A stretch of 64,000 nucleotides of DNA. It comes from OCS155 cluster bacterium AG-426-D23. GTDB taxonomy: Bacteria; Actinomycetota; Acidimicrobiia; Actinomarinales; Actinomarinaceae. This document shows positions 20,781-31,106 of the stretch, one piece after another. A model generated the notes under the pieces. The model was given only the letters and a program-made list of their open reading frames with translations. It was not told the origin of the DNA and did not search any database. Numbering within the stretch: position 1 is the stretch's first letter; each line of letters opens with the position of its first letter. The stretch lies in assembly GCA_003213165.1 (NCBI GenBank), contig QCNO01000001.1:133403-197402 (forward strand), written 5' to 3'. The translations under genes were made by a program, and so were the position numbers.

Positions 20781-21998
20781 TTGGTAGATACAGCAACTGA
20801 TATAAGTAATCCTGAAGTCTTAGTTCGTGAAAAACTAGATGAACTGATTTCTTTTAGAAATGAAAATCAAGATATAAAAGAATTTTGGGGTAAACAGTAT
20901 GATTTGGGCTTGGCTTGGGTTCAGTTTCCCGTTGGAGCTGGGGGACTTGGTTTAAATCCCAAGTACCAGCTTTTAGTTACTGAAAAACTAAGAAATGAGG
21001 GTGTCTCTCAACAAAATAGGATAGGAAACCTTCTTGGGATTGGTATGGGAGCACCAACAATAATAGAATATGGCACACAAGAGCAAATATCTAAATATTT
21101 AAGGCCTATGTTCACAACAGATGAAATCTGGTGTCAACTTTTTTCTGAACCTGGTTCAGGTTCTGATTTAGCAAGTCTTTCAACTAAAGCTGTTGATGAT
21201 GGAGATGGATATATAGTTAATGGACAAAAAGTTTGGACAACCCTTGGACATCTAGCAAAATGGGGATTGATCGTAACTAGAACTGATCCCACTGTTCCAA
21301 AACATAGAGGACTTACGTTTTTTATAGTTGATATGGAATCTGATGGAGTTGATGTCAGACCATTAAGGCAGATTACTGGCGAAGCAGAATTTAATGAAGT
21401 TTATTTTACTGATGTAAAAATACCTAAAGAAAATATTTTAGGGTCTTTAGGCGAAGGATGGAGAGTCTCTCTAACAATTTTAATGAATGAAAGAGTTGCA
21501 ATTGGTGGAAGTGTGAGAGAAAGAGGCAGTGGTGCCCCAGGTCATCTTATTCAGCTTTGGAAAGAAAAAAACCTAAATGATCAAGTTACAAGAGATAATC
21601 TTATAAAACTATGGATTGAGCAAGAAGCTGTAAGGTTGACAAATATGAGAGCAGTTGAAAATAGAGAAAAAGGAACTCCTGGTCCAGAAGGGTCAACAAG
21701 TAAATTATATGAAGCTGAAATTAATAAAGCCTCATATGAATTTGGTATGGATATGTTGGGTAATGACGGGCTATTGTTTCCAAGAGGTTATGCACTAACC
21801 CAACCAGAACTCAATTTTGAAGATGAGTCTTTTGGATTTACTGATACTCAAAGTCTGTTTCTAAGATCAAGAGCAAATTCAATTGAAGGCGGAACTTCCG
21901 AAATTATGCGAAATATTATTGCTGAAAGAGTTCTTGGCCTACCTAGTGAACCAAAATTAGATAAAGACAAAGCATGGAAAGATATTCCTAGGTCTTAA
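20781..21998 (+). CDS. Acyl-CoA dehydrogenase (actinobacterial FadE-like)
   Basis: WCQLFSEPGSGSDLA, NGQKVWT, FNEVYF, SIEGGTSEI motifs. Confidence 0.92.
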   Translation: MVDTATDISNPEVLVREKLDELISFRNENQDIKEFWGKQYDLGLAWVQFPVGAGGLGLNPKYQLLVTEKLRNEGVSQQNRIGNLLGIGMGAPTIIEYGTQEQISKYLRPMFTTDEIWCQLFSEPGSGSDLASLSTKAVDDGDGYIVNGQKVWTTLGHLAKWGLIVTRTDPTVPKHRGLTFFIVDMESDGVDVRPLRQITGEAEFNEVYFTDVKIPKENILGSLGEGWRVSLTILMNERVAIGGSVRERGSGAPGHLIQLWKEKNLNDQVTRDNLIKLWIEQEAVRLTNMRAVENREKGTPGPEGSTSKLYEAEINKASYEFGMDMLGNDGLLFPRGYALTQPELNFEDESFGFTDTQSLFLRSRANSIEGGTSEIMRNIIAERVLGLPSEPKLDKDKAWKDIPRS

Positions 21999-22609
21999 TA
22001 AATAAATGCAAAAACTCCTTTATCACAACTAACATTCAATTCATCTTTGGTAGCAATATTTCTTAAAGTTGTAGTTTCTCCAAATTGAATGTTTTTATTT
22101 TCTAAATTCCACTTAGCACCATCTATTGAAAGATTTGATAAATTTGTAATTGGAATAATGCTAAATTTGCTCATTTTTTTTACATTTAATTTAAGTTTTT
22201 GTCGAAAGATTATTCTCTTATCTCCATAAAGCCAAATGATATTTTCAAAAAAGGATATTGATGGTATCAATAAAAAAATTGAAATTAAATGATCAATCTC
22301 TCCTGATTCTCCACCAATAATATAAATTATTGATTTGTCTACTCCTTCAAGATAATTCAATGCAAGTTCAAAGTCAGTTTGGTCTTTATTGCTATTAAAA
22401 GCCATAATATCAACATCATTTTTTTTAATTTTATTTAATGATTTCTCTGATATTGAATCTAAATCTCCTATTAAGGTACTTGGATCTAGTGAAAGTCTGA
22501 ATAAATGTTCTACTCCTGAATCAACAGCAATTATCTCCTCAAAGTTTTTCTCAATACTTAATACATTGCTTGTAGAATTTCCACCAATTGAAATAAGATA
22601 ATTTTTCAT
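21995..22609 (-). CDS. thiN: Thiamine diphosphokinase
   Basis: AVDSG, GDLDS, KDQTDFELAL, IDH motifs and a C-terminal G.KW.L thiamine-binding domain. Confidence 0.85.
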   Translation of the reverse strand: MKNYLISIGGNSTSNVLSIEKNFEEIIAVDSGVEHLFRLSLDPSTLIGDLDSISEKSLNKIKKNDVDIMAFNSNKDQTDFELALNYLEGVDKSIIYIIGGESGEIDHLISIFLLIPSISFFENIIWLYGDKRIIFRQKLKLNVKKMSKFSIIPITNLSNLSIDGAKWNLENKNIQFGETTTLRNIATKDELNVSCDKGVFAFIY

Positions 22610-22669
22610 ATTTCTAAGTTTAATGTTAAAAAATTTCTCACATATCTCAAATCTTGTATCATTAATTCT

Positions 22670-23296
22670 ATGAGTAACGAATTTACATTTAAGATTGGTG
22701 ATGAAGCAGTAAAAACAATTATAGAGTTAAGAGATCAAGAACCTGGGGATAAGCAGTATGCATTATTTCTGCAAATTGACGGTGTTCATGGAAATCAATT
22801 TACCTATGACTTAAGTTTCTTAGACATTGAACAAACTAGATCAGATGATAAGAGAATAGATTTTGGAGATTTAGCTGTTGTAATTGCTTCAAAAGATATT
22901 GATAAATTCGATGGTGCAAGTTTAGATATGTCAGACGATGACCAAGCACCAGGGCTTACAATGGATAATCCAAATACACCAAGCCCTGCGATGATCGGAA
23001 ATCCAGCAGATTTGCCAGAATTAAAGGGTGAACTAGCTGAAAAAGTTCAAGCAGTTTTAGAAAATCAAATCAATCCAGCAATTGCATCGCACGGAGGTGC
23101 TGCTCAGTTAATTGGTGTTGAGGGAAATGACATTTACTTAAGGCTTGGTGGTGGTTGCCAAGGATGTGGTATGGCACAAGTCACACTCACTCAAGGTATT
23201 GAGGCATCTTTACGAGAAGCTGTTCCTGAAATAGGAAACATTATAGACGCTACCGATCACGCAGCTGGTGAGAATCCATATTTTGCTTCTCACTAA
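22670..23296 (+). CDS. nfuA: Fe-S cluster carrier NfuA
   Basis: Degenerate A-type N-domain plus NifU-C domain: INPAIASHGG, GGGCQGC, DATDH..GENPY. Confidence 0.9.
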   Translation: MSNEFTFKIGDEAVKTIIELRDQEPGDKQYALFLQIDGVHGNQFTYDLSFLDIEQTRSDDKRIDFGDLAVVIASKDIDKFDGASLDMSDDDQAPGLTMDNPNTPSPAMIGNPADLPELKGELAEKVQAVLENQINPAIASHGGAAQLIGVEGNDIYLRLGGGCQGCGMAQVTLTQGIEASLREAVPEIGNIIDATDHAAGENPYFASH

Positions 23297-24264
23297 ACGC
23301 TAATAACAGTTTTACCTATATTTTTCCTATTTAAAAAATTTTCTAAAGCTATTGAAGTATCTTCAATTTTGTAATTATTTTTTGGAACAATTTTTAATTT
23401 TCCACTTTCAACAAAAGAAACTAATTCACTAAAATCTTCTGCTGTTTCATGAGGGGAAGTATTAGTCCATCGACCCCACCAAACGCCAACAATTGATACC
23501 CCCTTTACAAGTGTTAGGTTTAGTGAAATTTTAGGTATCTCCCCATTAGCAAAGCCAATTACTAATAGTCTGCCATTGAATGCTGTAGCTCTTAATGCTT
23601 GTTCAGAAACTTCACCACCAACAGGATCAATAACTATATCTACACCTTTCCCATCAGTGAGTTCTTTAACCGTTTCTTTTAAGTCAACTTGATCATATCT
23701 TACTATTTCATCTCCACCTAAACTTTTTACATATTCTGCTTTGTCATCAGAACCGACTGCACAAATTGTTTTCAGTCCCATAACTTTTGCTAATTGAATA
23801 GTTGCAGTGCCAATCCCACCAGAGGCACCAAGGACTAAAAGACTTTCTCCACTTTGAGCATTTGCTCTCCTTTTTAGAGCATAATATGAAGTACCGTAAT
23901 TAATTGGTAAGCTTGCCCCAGCCAAAGAATCAAAGTTCATATTTACTGGAATTACCAAATTTTTATTTATTGTAACGAATTCAGCAAACCCTCCAATTGG
24001 AGGAATGCCAATTACTTTTGTTCCCACAGGAATATCAACATTTTCACCTTTCTCTTCAATAATTCCACAAACTTCATTACCTGGAATAAATGGTGGATCT
24101 ATTACAATTTGATACTTTCCTTGAACAAGAAGTGCATCTGGAAAATTAACTCCAGCGACTTCAACTTTTATTAAGACTTCATCTTTATTAATCGTTGGCT
24201 TATCAATTTCATTTATTTCTAGTAATTTCGGCTCACCTAGTTTTGTACATACAACTGCTTTCAT
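23293..24264 (-). CDS. Zn-independent MDR, NADPH:quinone oxidoreductase family
   Basis: GVNFPD, PPFIPG.E, GASGGIG, GRLLVIGFA; ATGA-coupled to the upstream dehydratase. Confidence 0.87.
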   Translation of the reverse strand: MKAVVCTKLGEPKLLEINEIDKPTINKDEVLIKVEVAGVNFPDALLVQGKYQIVIDPPFIPGNEVCGIIEEKGENVDIPVGTKVIGIPPIGGFAEFVTINKNLVIPVNMNFDSLAGASLPINYGTSYYALKRRANAQSGESLLVLGASGGIGTATIQLAKVMGLKTICAVGSDDKAEYVKSLGGDEIVRYDQVDLKETVKELTDGKGVDIVIDPVGGEVSEQALRATAFNGRLLVIGFANGEIPKISLNLTLVKGVSIVGVWWGRWTNTSPHETAEDFSELVSFVESGKLKIVPKNNYKIEDTSIALENFLNRKNIGKTVISV

Positions 24265-25715
24265 TGTTCTCTCTCTATAATTCCCGATAATTTTTTGGCA
24301 AAGTCTTTTTTTTCTTCAATATTTACTTTCCTTCTAATCTGGACTCTCTGTGCTTGTGGGGAGCCTGCACCATGTAAAGATTCAGTTAAATAAGCAACGG
24401 CATTTCTACCTAATGTCATATTTTCAATCAACCTTAAAATTTTTACTCGATCTTCTGAGTTAATATCTTTTTTACCTTTTAAATATTTTTTTAAATCCTC
24501 AGACATCGTTCCTTCATTAAAATCAATTCCTGAAGGCATAGATCCGACTAGGCCACCTGCAAGATCTTGTGCAATTCTTCCAATCTCATACGTTTCTTTT
24601 GTCACATGCTGTTTACATACATTTGCCAATAGATCATCATTAATAAAGTTTCCTGACTTAGTGCTCGAACCTTGAAGTGATGAAGCGATACCAGTTGCAT
24701 ATATTGTTTCATTGAGTTTATTCATTTCAACAAGCTTATCTTTAATATGCGATACCTCTTCTACACCGTTGTACTCCGCAATTGTAGCTGCAGCTCCAAT
24801 AAGTACATCACCAACTCCTGATTTACAAACATAAGATCTTCTATGATATGTTGTAAATCTCTCAACTAACATAGATGCAAAATCATATTCACCGTTCATA
24901 AAAATGTATTCATTTGGTATAAATACATTATCAAAAATCACCATTGCCTCTTGCCCGGCAAAATATTTATTTCCAACATCATATTCACCAGGCTCCATAC
25001 TCCTTGTATCGCATGACTGTCTACCATAGATATAAGTTATTCCTTCTGCATCTACTGGGATTGCACCAACTATTGCATAGTCTTTATCTTTTTCAGTCAA
25101 TCTCAAGGTAGGCATTACAACCATCCAGTGTGAATTTATACATCCAGTCTGATGGGCTTTTGCTCCCTTAACGTAAACACCATCATTTGTCCTTTTTACA
25201 ATTCTTAAGTACACATCTTCATCTTCTTGTTCGTGTGGTAGTTTTGATCTATCACCCTTAACGTCTGTCATTGCACCACCAATCACTAAATTGTATTTAT
25301 GCATTTCAGTTAGAAAATTAATAAAATTCTTGTGATATTCGGTATTGTGATTTTCATCAATTTCAAAAGTTACAGAATGAAGTGCATTGAATGCATCCAT
25401 GCCTACACATCTTTGAAAGCAGGTACCAGTTAGTTGTCCAAGCTTTCTTTGCATTTTATTTTGCAAAAATAAATCTTCATTACTTTCTGCGATATGCAAA
25501 AATCTATTTATTTTTTTGCCAGTATAGGGTGATATTGCTGATGCTAATTCTGGTTCTCTGACTGCTAGCTCATATGTTTCAGCCATTGCTTCAATACTCG
25601 GCCTTATTATTGGATGTTCTATGGGTTCTTTTACAAGTTCCCCCATCAAATAAATTTTTAAGTTTCTATTTCTGATTGAATCTAAATAGCTATCTTTATT
25701 AGTTATTTTATTCAT
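24261..25715 (-). CDS. abfD: 4-hydroxybutyryl-CoA dehydratase/vinylacetyl-CoA isomerase ([4Fe-4S], FAD)
   Basis: CFQRC and HRRSYVC cluster-ligand motifs; AMTD.KGDR, KAHQTG, ESLHGAGSPQAQ. ATG at 25715. Confidence 0.88.
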   Translation of the reverse strand: MNKITNKDSYLDSIRNRNLKIYLMGELVKEPIEHPIIRPSIEAMAETYELAVREPELASAISPYTGKKINRFLHIAESNEDLFLQNKMQRKLGQLTGTCFQRCVGMDAFNALHSVTFEIDENHNTEYHKNFINFLTEMHKYNLVIGGAMTDVKGDRSKLPHEQEDEDVYLRIVKRTNDGVYVKGAKAHQTGCINSHWMVVMPTLRLTEKDKDYAIVGAIPVDAEGITYIYGRQSCDTRSMEPGEYDVGNKYFAGQEAMVIFDNVFIPNEYIFMNGEYDFASMLVERFTTYHRRSYVCKSGVGDVLIGAAATIAEYNGVEEVSHIKDKLVEMNKLNETIYATGIASSLQGSSTKSGNFINDDLLANVCKQHVTKETYEIGRIAQDLAGGLVGSMPSGIDFNEGTMSEDLKKYLKGKKDINSEDRVKILRLIENMTLGRNAVAYLTESLHGAGSPQAQRVQIRRKVNIEEKKDFAKKLSGIIEREQ

Positions 25716-25797
25716 ATGCAATTATAGTTTTTTAATTCATTGCAAGTCACATATAGATGTTGTTATTTATTTTTTATTATCGATGAAGGAATGAATA

Positions 25798-26259
25798 CTA
25801 ATCAGACAAATACGTTTCGTTATATTTAGATTGAACATCTTCTGGCCAAATAGAGTACATATATTCAATGACTGACCAGATTTCTTCATCACTTAATTTA
25901 TCATTTGCATTCATCTTACCTTCATAGTTTGGGTCAAAATAAACCAAACCATATCTAATTGTGTTGAAAATCTGTTCTGGTGAGTGATGCCAACTATGAC
26001 CATAACCATTTAAAGGAGGTGCTAACCTGTGGCCATCTTCATCTCTGTTAGTTTTCCAATTATCAGCACCTTTTAACTCAGCTTTATGACACTTTATACA
26101 ATTCGCTTCATATACTTTGATACCCAATGAAATAACTTCTTCTAGTTCTTTGTTTTTATTTGCAGGAAATCTTACATCTGTGTAGTTAACACAATTTGAA
26201 ATAAAGGTTGTTAAGAGAAGTAGATTTATAAAAACAATTAATTTATTATTTTTTTTCAT
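25798..26259 (-). CDS. Monoheme cytochrome c lipoprotein
   Basis: Signal peptide ending ISNC; CIKCH; APPLNG.GHSWHH; distal Met. Confidence 0.85.
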   Translation of the reverse strand: MKKNNKLIVFINLLLLTTFISNCVNYTDVRFPANKNKELEEVISLGIKVYEANCIKCHKAELKGADNWKTNRDEDGHRLAPPLNGYGHSWHHSPEQIFNTIRYGLVYFDPNYEGKMNANDKLSDEEIWSVIEYMYSIWPEDVQSKYNETYLSD

Positions 26260-26314
26260 ACAAAATTAAAATTTTAACATGTCTGGAAGCGTGTTTTAGA
26301 TGATGATTAATTCC

Positions 26315-27493
26315 TCAAATTACTTCAAATAATCCAGCAGCACCCATTCCACCACCAACACACATTGTGACGACAACATATTTTGCACCTCTTCGTTTAC
26401 CTTCCATAAGAGCATGCATTGTCATTCTTGCGCCAGTCATTCCATATGGATGTCCTATAGATATTGAGCCACCATTAACATTGTAAATTTCATTATCAAT
26501 ACCTAGATAGTCTCTACAATATAAAGCTTGCACTGCGAATGCTTCATTAAGCTCCCATAAGCCGATGTCATCAATACTTAAGTTATATTTATCAAGCAAT
26601 TTAGGAACAGCATATATTGGCCCAATTCCCATTTCTTCTGGAGCTAAACCTGCAACAGCCATTCCTCTGTAATAGCCAAGTGGTGTTAGGCCTTTGTTTT
26701 CTGCAACCTTAGATTCCATAACCACTACGGATGCGGATCCATCAGATAACTGAGATGCATTTCCAGCAGTTATGAACTTACCCTCTCCATACACTGGGAC
26801 TAACGATGATAGACCTTCTATATTTGTTTCTGGTCTGTTACCTTCGTCTTTTTCTAAAGTAGCTTCTTGTTCAGAAATTTCCCCGGATTCTTTGTCTTTA
26901 ACTAACTTAGTAGTCGTAGTTGAAATGATTTCGTCTTTGTAAAGATCTGCTTCTTGTGCAGCAGCTGTTCTTTGCTGACTTTGTAAGGAATACTCATCTT
27001 GACTTTCTCTTGTTACATTATATTTTTCAGCAACATGATCAGCAGTTTCAATCATTGGCATGTATGCATGTTTTGCGTGCTCAGTAACATTAGGATCAAT
27101 ATCTACCCTAAAATCTGCAGTTTGCACGAGTGAAATAGATTCAACTCCTCCAGCTACAACAACGTCCATATTGTCTGTAACAACCTGTTTTGATGCGGTC
27201 GCAATTGCCATCATTCCCGATGAACATTGCCTGTCTATTGTCATGCCTGGAACATTATCTGGAAGCCCTGCTGCAATACCAGCTAATCTTCCTATATTTA
27301 TAGCTTGTGAACCTTGTTGCTGTGCACATCCTAAAACAACATCTTCAACTTCTTTTGGATCTATTCCAGCTCTATCAACAGCTTCTTTTATAGAGTAAGA
27401 GGCTAGGGTTGGGGCAGCTGTATTATTAAAAGCCCCTCTGTAAGCCTTACCAATAGGCGTTCTAGCTGCTGATACTATTACTGCTTCTCTCAA
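26315..27493 (-). CDS. Acetyl-CoA C-acyltransferase (thiolase)
   Basis: RQCSSG, NEAFA, GHPYG, MCVGGG catalytic motifs; SD AGGAGG. Confidence 0.95.
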   Translation of the reverse strand: MREAVIVSAARTPIGKAYRGAFNNTAAPTLASYSIKEAVDRAGIDPKEVEDVVLGCAQQQGSQAINIGRLAGIAAGLPDNVPGMTIDRQCSSGMMAIATASKQVVTDNMDVVVAGGVESISLVQTADFRVDIDPNVTEHAKHAYMPMIETADHVAEKYNVTRESQDEYSLQSQQRTAAAQEADLYKDEIISTTTTKLVKDKESGEISEQEATLEKDEGNRPETNIEGLSSLVPVYGEGKFITAGNASQLSDGSASVVVMESKVAENKGLTPLGYYRGMAVAGLAPEEMGIGPIYAVPKLLDKYNLSIDDIGLWELNEAFAVQALYCRDYLGIDNEIYNVNGGSISIGHPYGMTGARMTMHALMEGKRRGAKYVVVTMCVGGGMGAAGLFEVI

Positions 27494-27509
27494 TTTTTTC
27501 CTCCTAAAT

Positions 27510-27971
27510 CTATTCGTTTACAACGTATAAAGTTAAAGCCTCTACAATTGCAGCAGGCTTTTCTTTACCTTCAATTTCAATTGTTACAGTAAATTTAACT
27601 AACCATCTACCGTTTTTCTTATAGTTGACTTCTGATAAAACAAACCGTCCTCTAATTTTACTATTAACTGGAACAGCTTCCATAAATCTAACTTTGTCAG
27701 CACCATAATTAATAGCCATTTGCATCCCATCAGGCATAAAACCATTTTGGGCTGACATGTAAGACAGAAGGCTTAAAGTCAAAAAACCATGTGCGATTGT
27801 AGAACCCCACGGAGTTGCTTTAGCCATTTCGGGATCTACATGTATAAATTGATGATCATTTGTCGCGTCAGCAAATTGGTTAATTCGTTCTTGGGTAATT
27901 TCTAGCCATTCAGTAACACCAGTTTCTTGACCAACATAATTTTCAAATTCTTTAGCCGGAATAACTTTCAA
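27510..27971 (-). CDS. MaoC-family (R)-enoyl-CoA hydratase/dehydratase
   Basis: [31 protein letters not shown] motifs. Confidence 0.9.
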   Translation of the reverse strand: MKVIPAKEFENYVGQETGVTEWLEITQERINQFADATNDHQFIHVDPEMAKATPWGSTIAHGFLTLSLLSYMSAQNGFMPDGMQMAINYGADKVRFMEAVPVNSKIRGRFVLSEVNYKKNGRWLVKFTVTIEIEGKEKPAAIVEALTLYVVNE

Positions 27972-28990
27972 AATATCTCCTTAAGTAGATTCTTATTAGA
28001 CGCTTTTTTTGCAAAACTTAATGTGCTTTTACCAAATGCCTCTACATCTTTCTTATCAACATTACCATAATAACCAAGAGAATACCTTACGTAGACTCCT
28101 TCCATTATCATTGCATGTTTCCAAAAAGATAGTCTCACATAGAATTCAACATTTTTTAAATCGAGGTCTGATTTAGAGTCATATAGATTAATTATTTCTT
28201 GCCTACTTGGGAATCCATCACTTAAGGAGGGTGAATATATAAAAGGAGTATCAGTTTCATTCTTATTTGACCAAGAAGCAATCACAGTTCCTAGATCAGC
28301 TAATGGATCACCTAATGTACAGAGTTCCCAATCAACAATCGCTGCAACTAAGTTATTATTTACCCTTACATTATCTAATCTATAATCTCCATGAACAATA
28401 CTTACTTTTTGTTGCGTGGGGATTGTATCGAATAATAATTTTGTAGCAATATCTAAATCGGTAATATCTCTTACTTTCTGTGAATTAAATTGTTTTGTCC
28501 ATCTGTTTAACTGCCTTAAGACATAGTCTTCATGTTTTCCTAAATCATTTAATTTTGAATTTTTTACATCGAAAGTATGCAATTCAGAAAGTGTTGTAAT
28601 AAATGAATTCGTAATTTCTTTTTTATCATTTTTCGAATAATTTTCAGCTACTACATTATCTGCAATAGTTTCCCCTTCAATATATTCCATAATGTAAAAA
28701 TCATCATCAGAGACTGTTCTATCGGTACATAAAAAAATTGGTTTTGGAACTTTTAAATTATTTTCACTAAGTTCACTAATAATTCTGTATTCACGTTGCA
28801 TGTTATGTGCAGACTCTAATTTATCTCCAAATGGAGGTCTTCTTAGAACATAACTATTCCTATTATCAAAAATTTTAAAAGTAATGTTTGATCTACCAAC
28901 TTTAAATTTTTCAAATTTAAATTGGTTATCCAAATCAAGATTGGAAGCTATGTAGTTTCTTATTTTTTCATTAAAAAATTCCATTAACAA
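27968..28990 (-). CDS. APH-family phosphotransferase (ACAD10/11 N-domain / LvaA-like)
   Basis: GRSNIT, YVLRRPP, SAHNM.RE, HGDYRLDN, DWELCTLGDPLADL motifs. Confidence 0.88.
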   Translation of the reverse strand: MLMEFFNEKIRNYIASNLDLDNQFKFEKFKVGRSNITFKIFDNRNSYVLRRPPFGDKLESAHNMQREYRIISELSENNLKVPKPIFLCTDRTVSDDDFYIMEYIEGETIADNVVAENYSKNDKKEITNSFITTLSELHTFDVKNSKLNDLGKHEDYVLRQLNRWTKQFNSQKVRDITDLDIATKLLFDTIPTQQKVSIVHGDYRLDNVRVNNNLVAAIVDWELCTLGDPLADLGTVIASWSNKNETDTPFIYSPSLSDGFPSRQEIINLYDSKSDLDLKNVEFYVRLSFWKHAMIMEGVYVRYSLGYYGNVDKKDVEAFGKSTLSFAKKASNKNLLKEIF

Positions 28991-29042
28991 ATATCTTATG
29001 ATTTAATTCTCTTGGTCTCAAGTTAATTGATAGAATAAAGCA

Positions 29043-30248
29043 ATGGATTTTAAATTTTCTCAAAAGTCATTAGAACTTCAAGAAAAAATGAATAAATTTT
29101 TTGAAGAACATATTTTTCCTAACGAAGAAGCTTACGAAAAAGCAATATTAGATTCAGGAGATCCTTTGCACATTCCTGCATTACTTGATGAGTTAAAAGA
29201 TAAAGCAAGAAAAGAAGATTTATGGAACTTATTTTTACCCGACAGTGAATACGGTGCAGGACTAACAAATGTTGACTATGCACCTTTAGCAGAAATAACT
29301 GGTCAGGTCTGGTGGGCTCCTGAGGTATTTAACTGTTCTGCACCTGATACTGGAAATATGGAAATACTTGCAGAATTTGGAACTCAAGAACAAAAAGACA
29401 AATGGTTAAGTCCGTTACTTAATGGAGATATTCGTTCTTGTTTCGCTATGACCGAACCGGATGTTGCCTCATCTGATGCAACGAATATTTCAAGTTCAAT
29501 AGTTTCAGATGGAGATAATTATATTATCAATGGAAGAAAATGGTGGACTTCAAATGCAATCAATCCACGCGCCAAGATATGTATTTTTATGGGAATAACA
29601 AATCCAGATAATCCTCCACACACAAGACAAAGTCAAGTGCTTGTCCCTATGGATACAGAAGGGATAACTATAGTTAGACCGATGCATGTTTATGGCTATG
29701 ATGATGGGTACACTGGACATCCAGAATTAAATTTTGAAAATGTTGTTGTACCAAAATCAAATATTATCGGTGGGGAAGGTATGGGCTTTCAAATTGCCCA
29801 AGCTAGATTAGGTCCAGGAAGAATCCATCACTGCATGAGAACAATAGGAATGGCAGAGAGAGCACTTGAATTAATGATAAAAAGAGCTTTGTCTAGAGAA
29901 ACATTCGGTACAAAAATATCCGATCATGGTGTTGTGCAGGATTGGATAGCTAGGTCAAGAATTAAAATTGAAGAGGCTAGACTGCTTACTTTAAAAACGG
30001 CATGGTTGATTGACAATGTGGGTAAAGAGCAAGCCAAAATTGAAATATCTGCAATAAAAGTTGGAGTTATCGAAGCTGCTTCATATGTAATTGATAAAGC
30101 CATTCAAGCACATGGAGCTATGGGAGTTTCGCAAGATACCCCCTTAGCAAAAATGTCAGCTGGTGTTAGAACGTTAAGGATTGCTGACGGACCAGACGAA
30201 GTACATTTAAGATCTATTGCAAGACGTGAAATAAACAAACACTTGTGA
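29043..30248 (+). CDS. Acyl-CoA dehydrogenase, ACAD10/11-like
   Basis: FNCSAPDTGNME, MTEPDVASSDATN, QARLGPGRIHHCMR, LRIADGPDEVH motifs. Confidence 0.9.
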   Translation: MDFKFSQKSLELQEKMNKFFEEHIFPNEEAYEKAILDSGDPLHIPALLDELKDKARKEDLWNLFLPDSEYGAGLTNVDYAPLAEITGQVWWAPEVFNCSAPDTGNMEILAEFGTQEQKDKWLSPLLNGDIRSCFAMTEPDVASSDATNISSSIVSDGDNYIINGRKWWTSNAINPRAKICIFMGITNPDNPPHTRQSQVLVPMDTEGITIVRPMHVYGYDDGYTGHPELNFENVVVPKSNIIGGEGMGFQIAQARLGPGRIHHCMRTIGMAERALELMIKRALSRETFGTKISDHGVVQDWIARSRIKIEEARLLTLKTAWLIDNVGKEQAKIEISAIKVGVIEAASYVIDKAIQAHGAMGVSQDTPLAKMSAGVRTLRIADGPDEVHLRSIARREINKHL

Positions 30249-31105
30249 ACGAAAAAATTGCAGTAATTGGTGGCGGCCAAATGGGAAGTCAAATAGCAGC
30301 TTTGGCTGCAATGGCTGGTTATAAAACAAGTATTTATGATGAAAATAAAGAAAATTTGGAATATAGATATAAATTTGTTGAAGAAAACATCAAAAATTTA
30401 ATAGACAAAAAAATATATTCTGAAGATAAATTAGATTACTACAAAGAAAATTTAGAACTCGATTATTCACTTGAAGATGTAATTGTAGGTAAATCATTTG
30501 TAATAGAAGCTGTAGTTGAAAAGTTTGATGTAAAGCTTGAAATTTTTAATAAAATTTCTAAATTGATGAATGATGAGGTTGTAATGGCAACTAATAGTTC
30601 TTTCATTCAAGCTTCTGAAATCTCAAAACATTGTGAACATCCTGAAAGGTTTATAAACATGCACTTTTTCTATCCACCAATACGAATGGATTTAATTGAG
30701 ATTTCATATCCAGCTAATGTATCAAAAGGAGTGTTAGAACGTACTAAAACTGTAAGTGAAAAAATGGGTAGATCAGTGGTAGTTCTCAAAAAGGAAACCC
30801 CAGGATTTATTGTAAACAGGATGTTGGCTGCCTTGGTAGATGAAGCTTATGAACTTTATGATGAGGGAATTGCTGATTTTAAAGATATAGATCTTGCTAT
30901 CAAAAAAGGATTAAATCATCCTCTGGGCCCATTTGAACTTTCAGATTATTCAGGATTAGATATACATTACTATGCTAAATTGAAAAAATTTGAAGAATCT
31001 GGTGACCCTAAAGATGAACCAAAAAAGTTTTTAGAAGAAAAAGTTATGAATGGTGATTTAGGAGTAAAAACCGGTAAAGGCTTTTATGAATACAAAAAAG
31101 ACTAA
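30245..31105 (+). CDS. 3-hydroxyacyl-CoA (3-hydroxybutyryl-CoA) dehydrogenase
   Basis: GGGQMG, EAVVE, TNSS, MHFF.P, PGFIVNR, PLGPF..D..GLD motifs. Confidence 0.9.
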   Translation: MNEKIAVIGGGQMGSQIAALAAMAGYKTSIYDENKENLEYRYKFVEENIKNLIDKKIYSEDKLDYYKENLELDYSLEDVIVGKSFVIEAVVEKFDVKLEIFNKISKLMNDEVVMATNSSFIQASEISKHCEHPERFINMHFFYPPIRMDLIEISYPANVSKGVLERTKTVSEKMGRSVVVLKKETPGFIVNRMLAALVDEAYELYDEGIADFKDIDLAIKKGLNHPLGPFELSDYSGLDIHYYAKLKKFEESGDPKDEPKKFLEEKVMNGDLGVKTGKGFYEYKKD

Positions 31106-31106
31106 T

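Noticed and set aside
21995..22670. TPP riboswitch upstream of thiN, or other structured RNAs/tRNAs in intergenic gaps
   Set aside because: The gaps are too short and AT-rich, and no conserved riboswitch or tRNA motifs are visible.
23293..31105. Autotrophic 3HP/4HB carbon fixation
   Set aside because: No carboxylase or malonyl-/succinyl-CoA reductase is recognisable here; the context is catabolic beta-oxidation.
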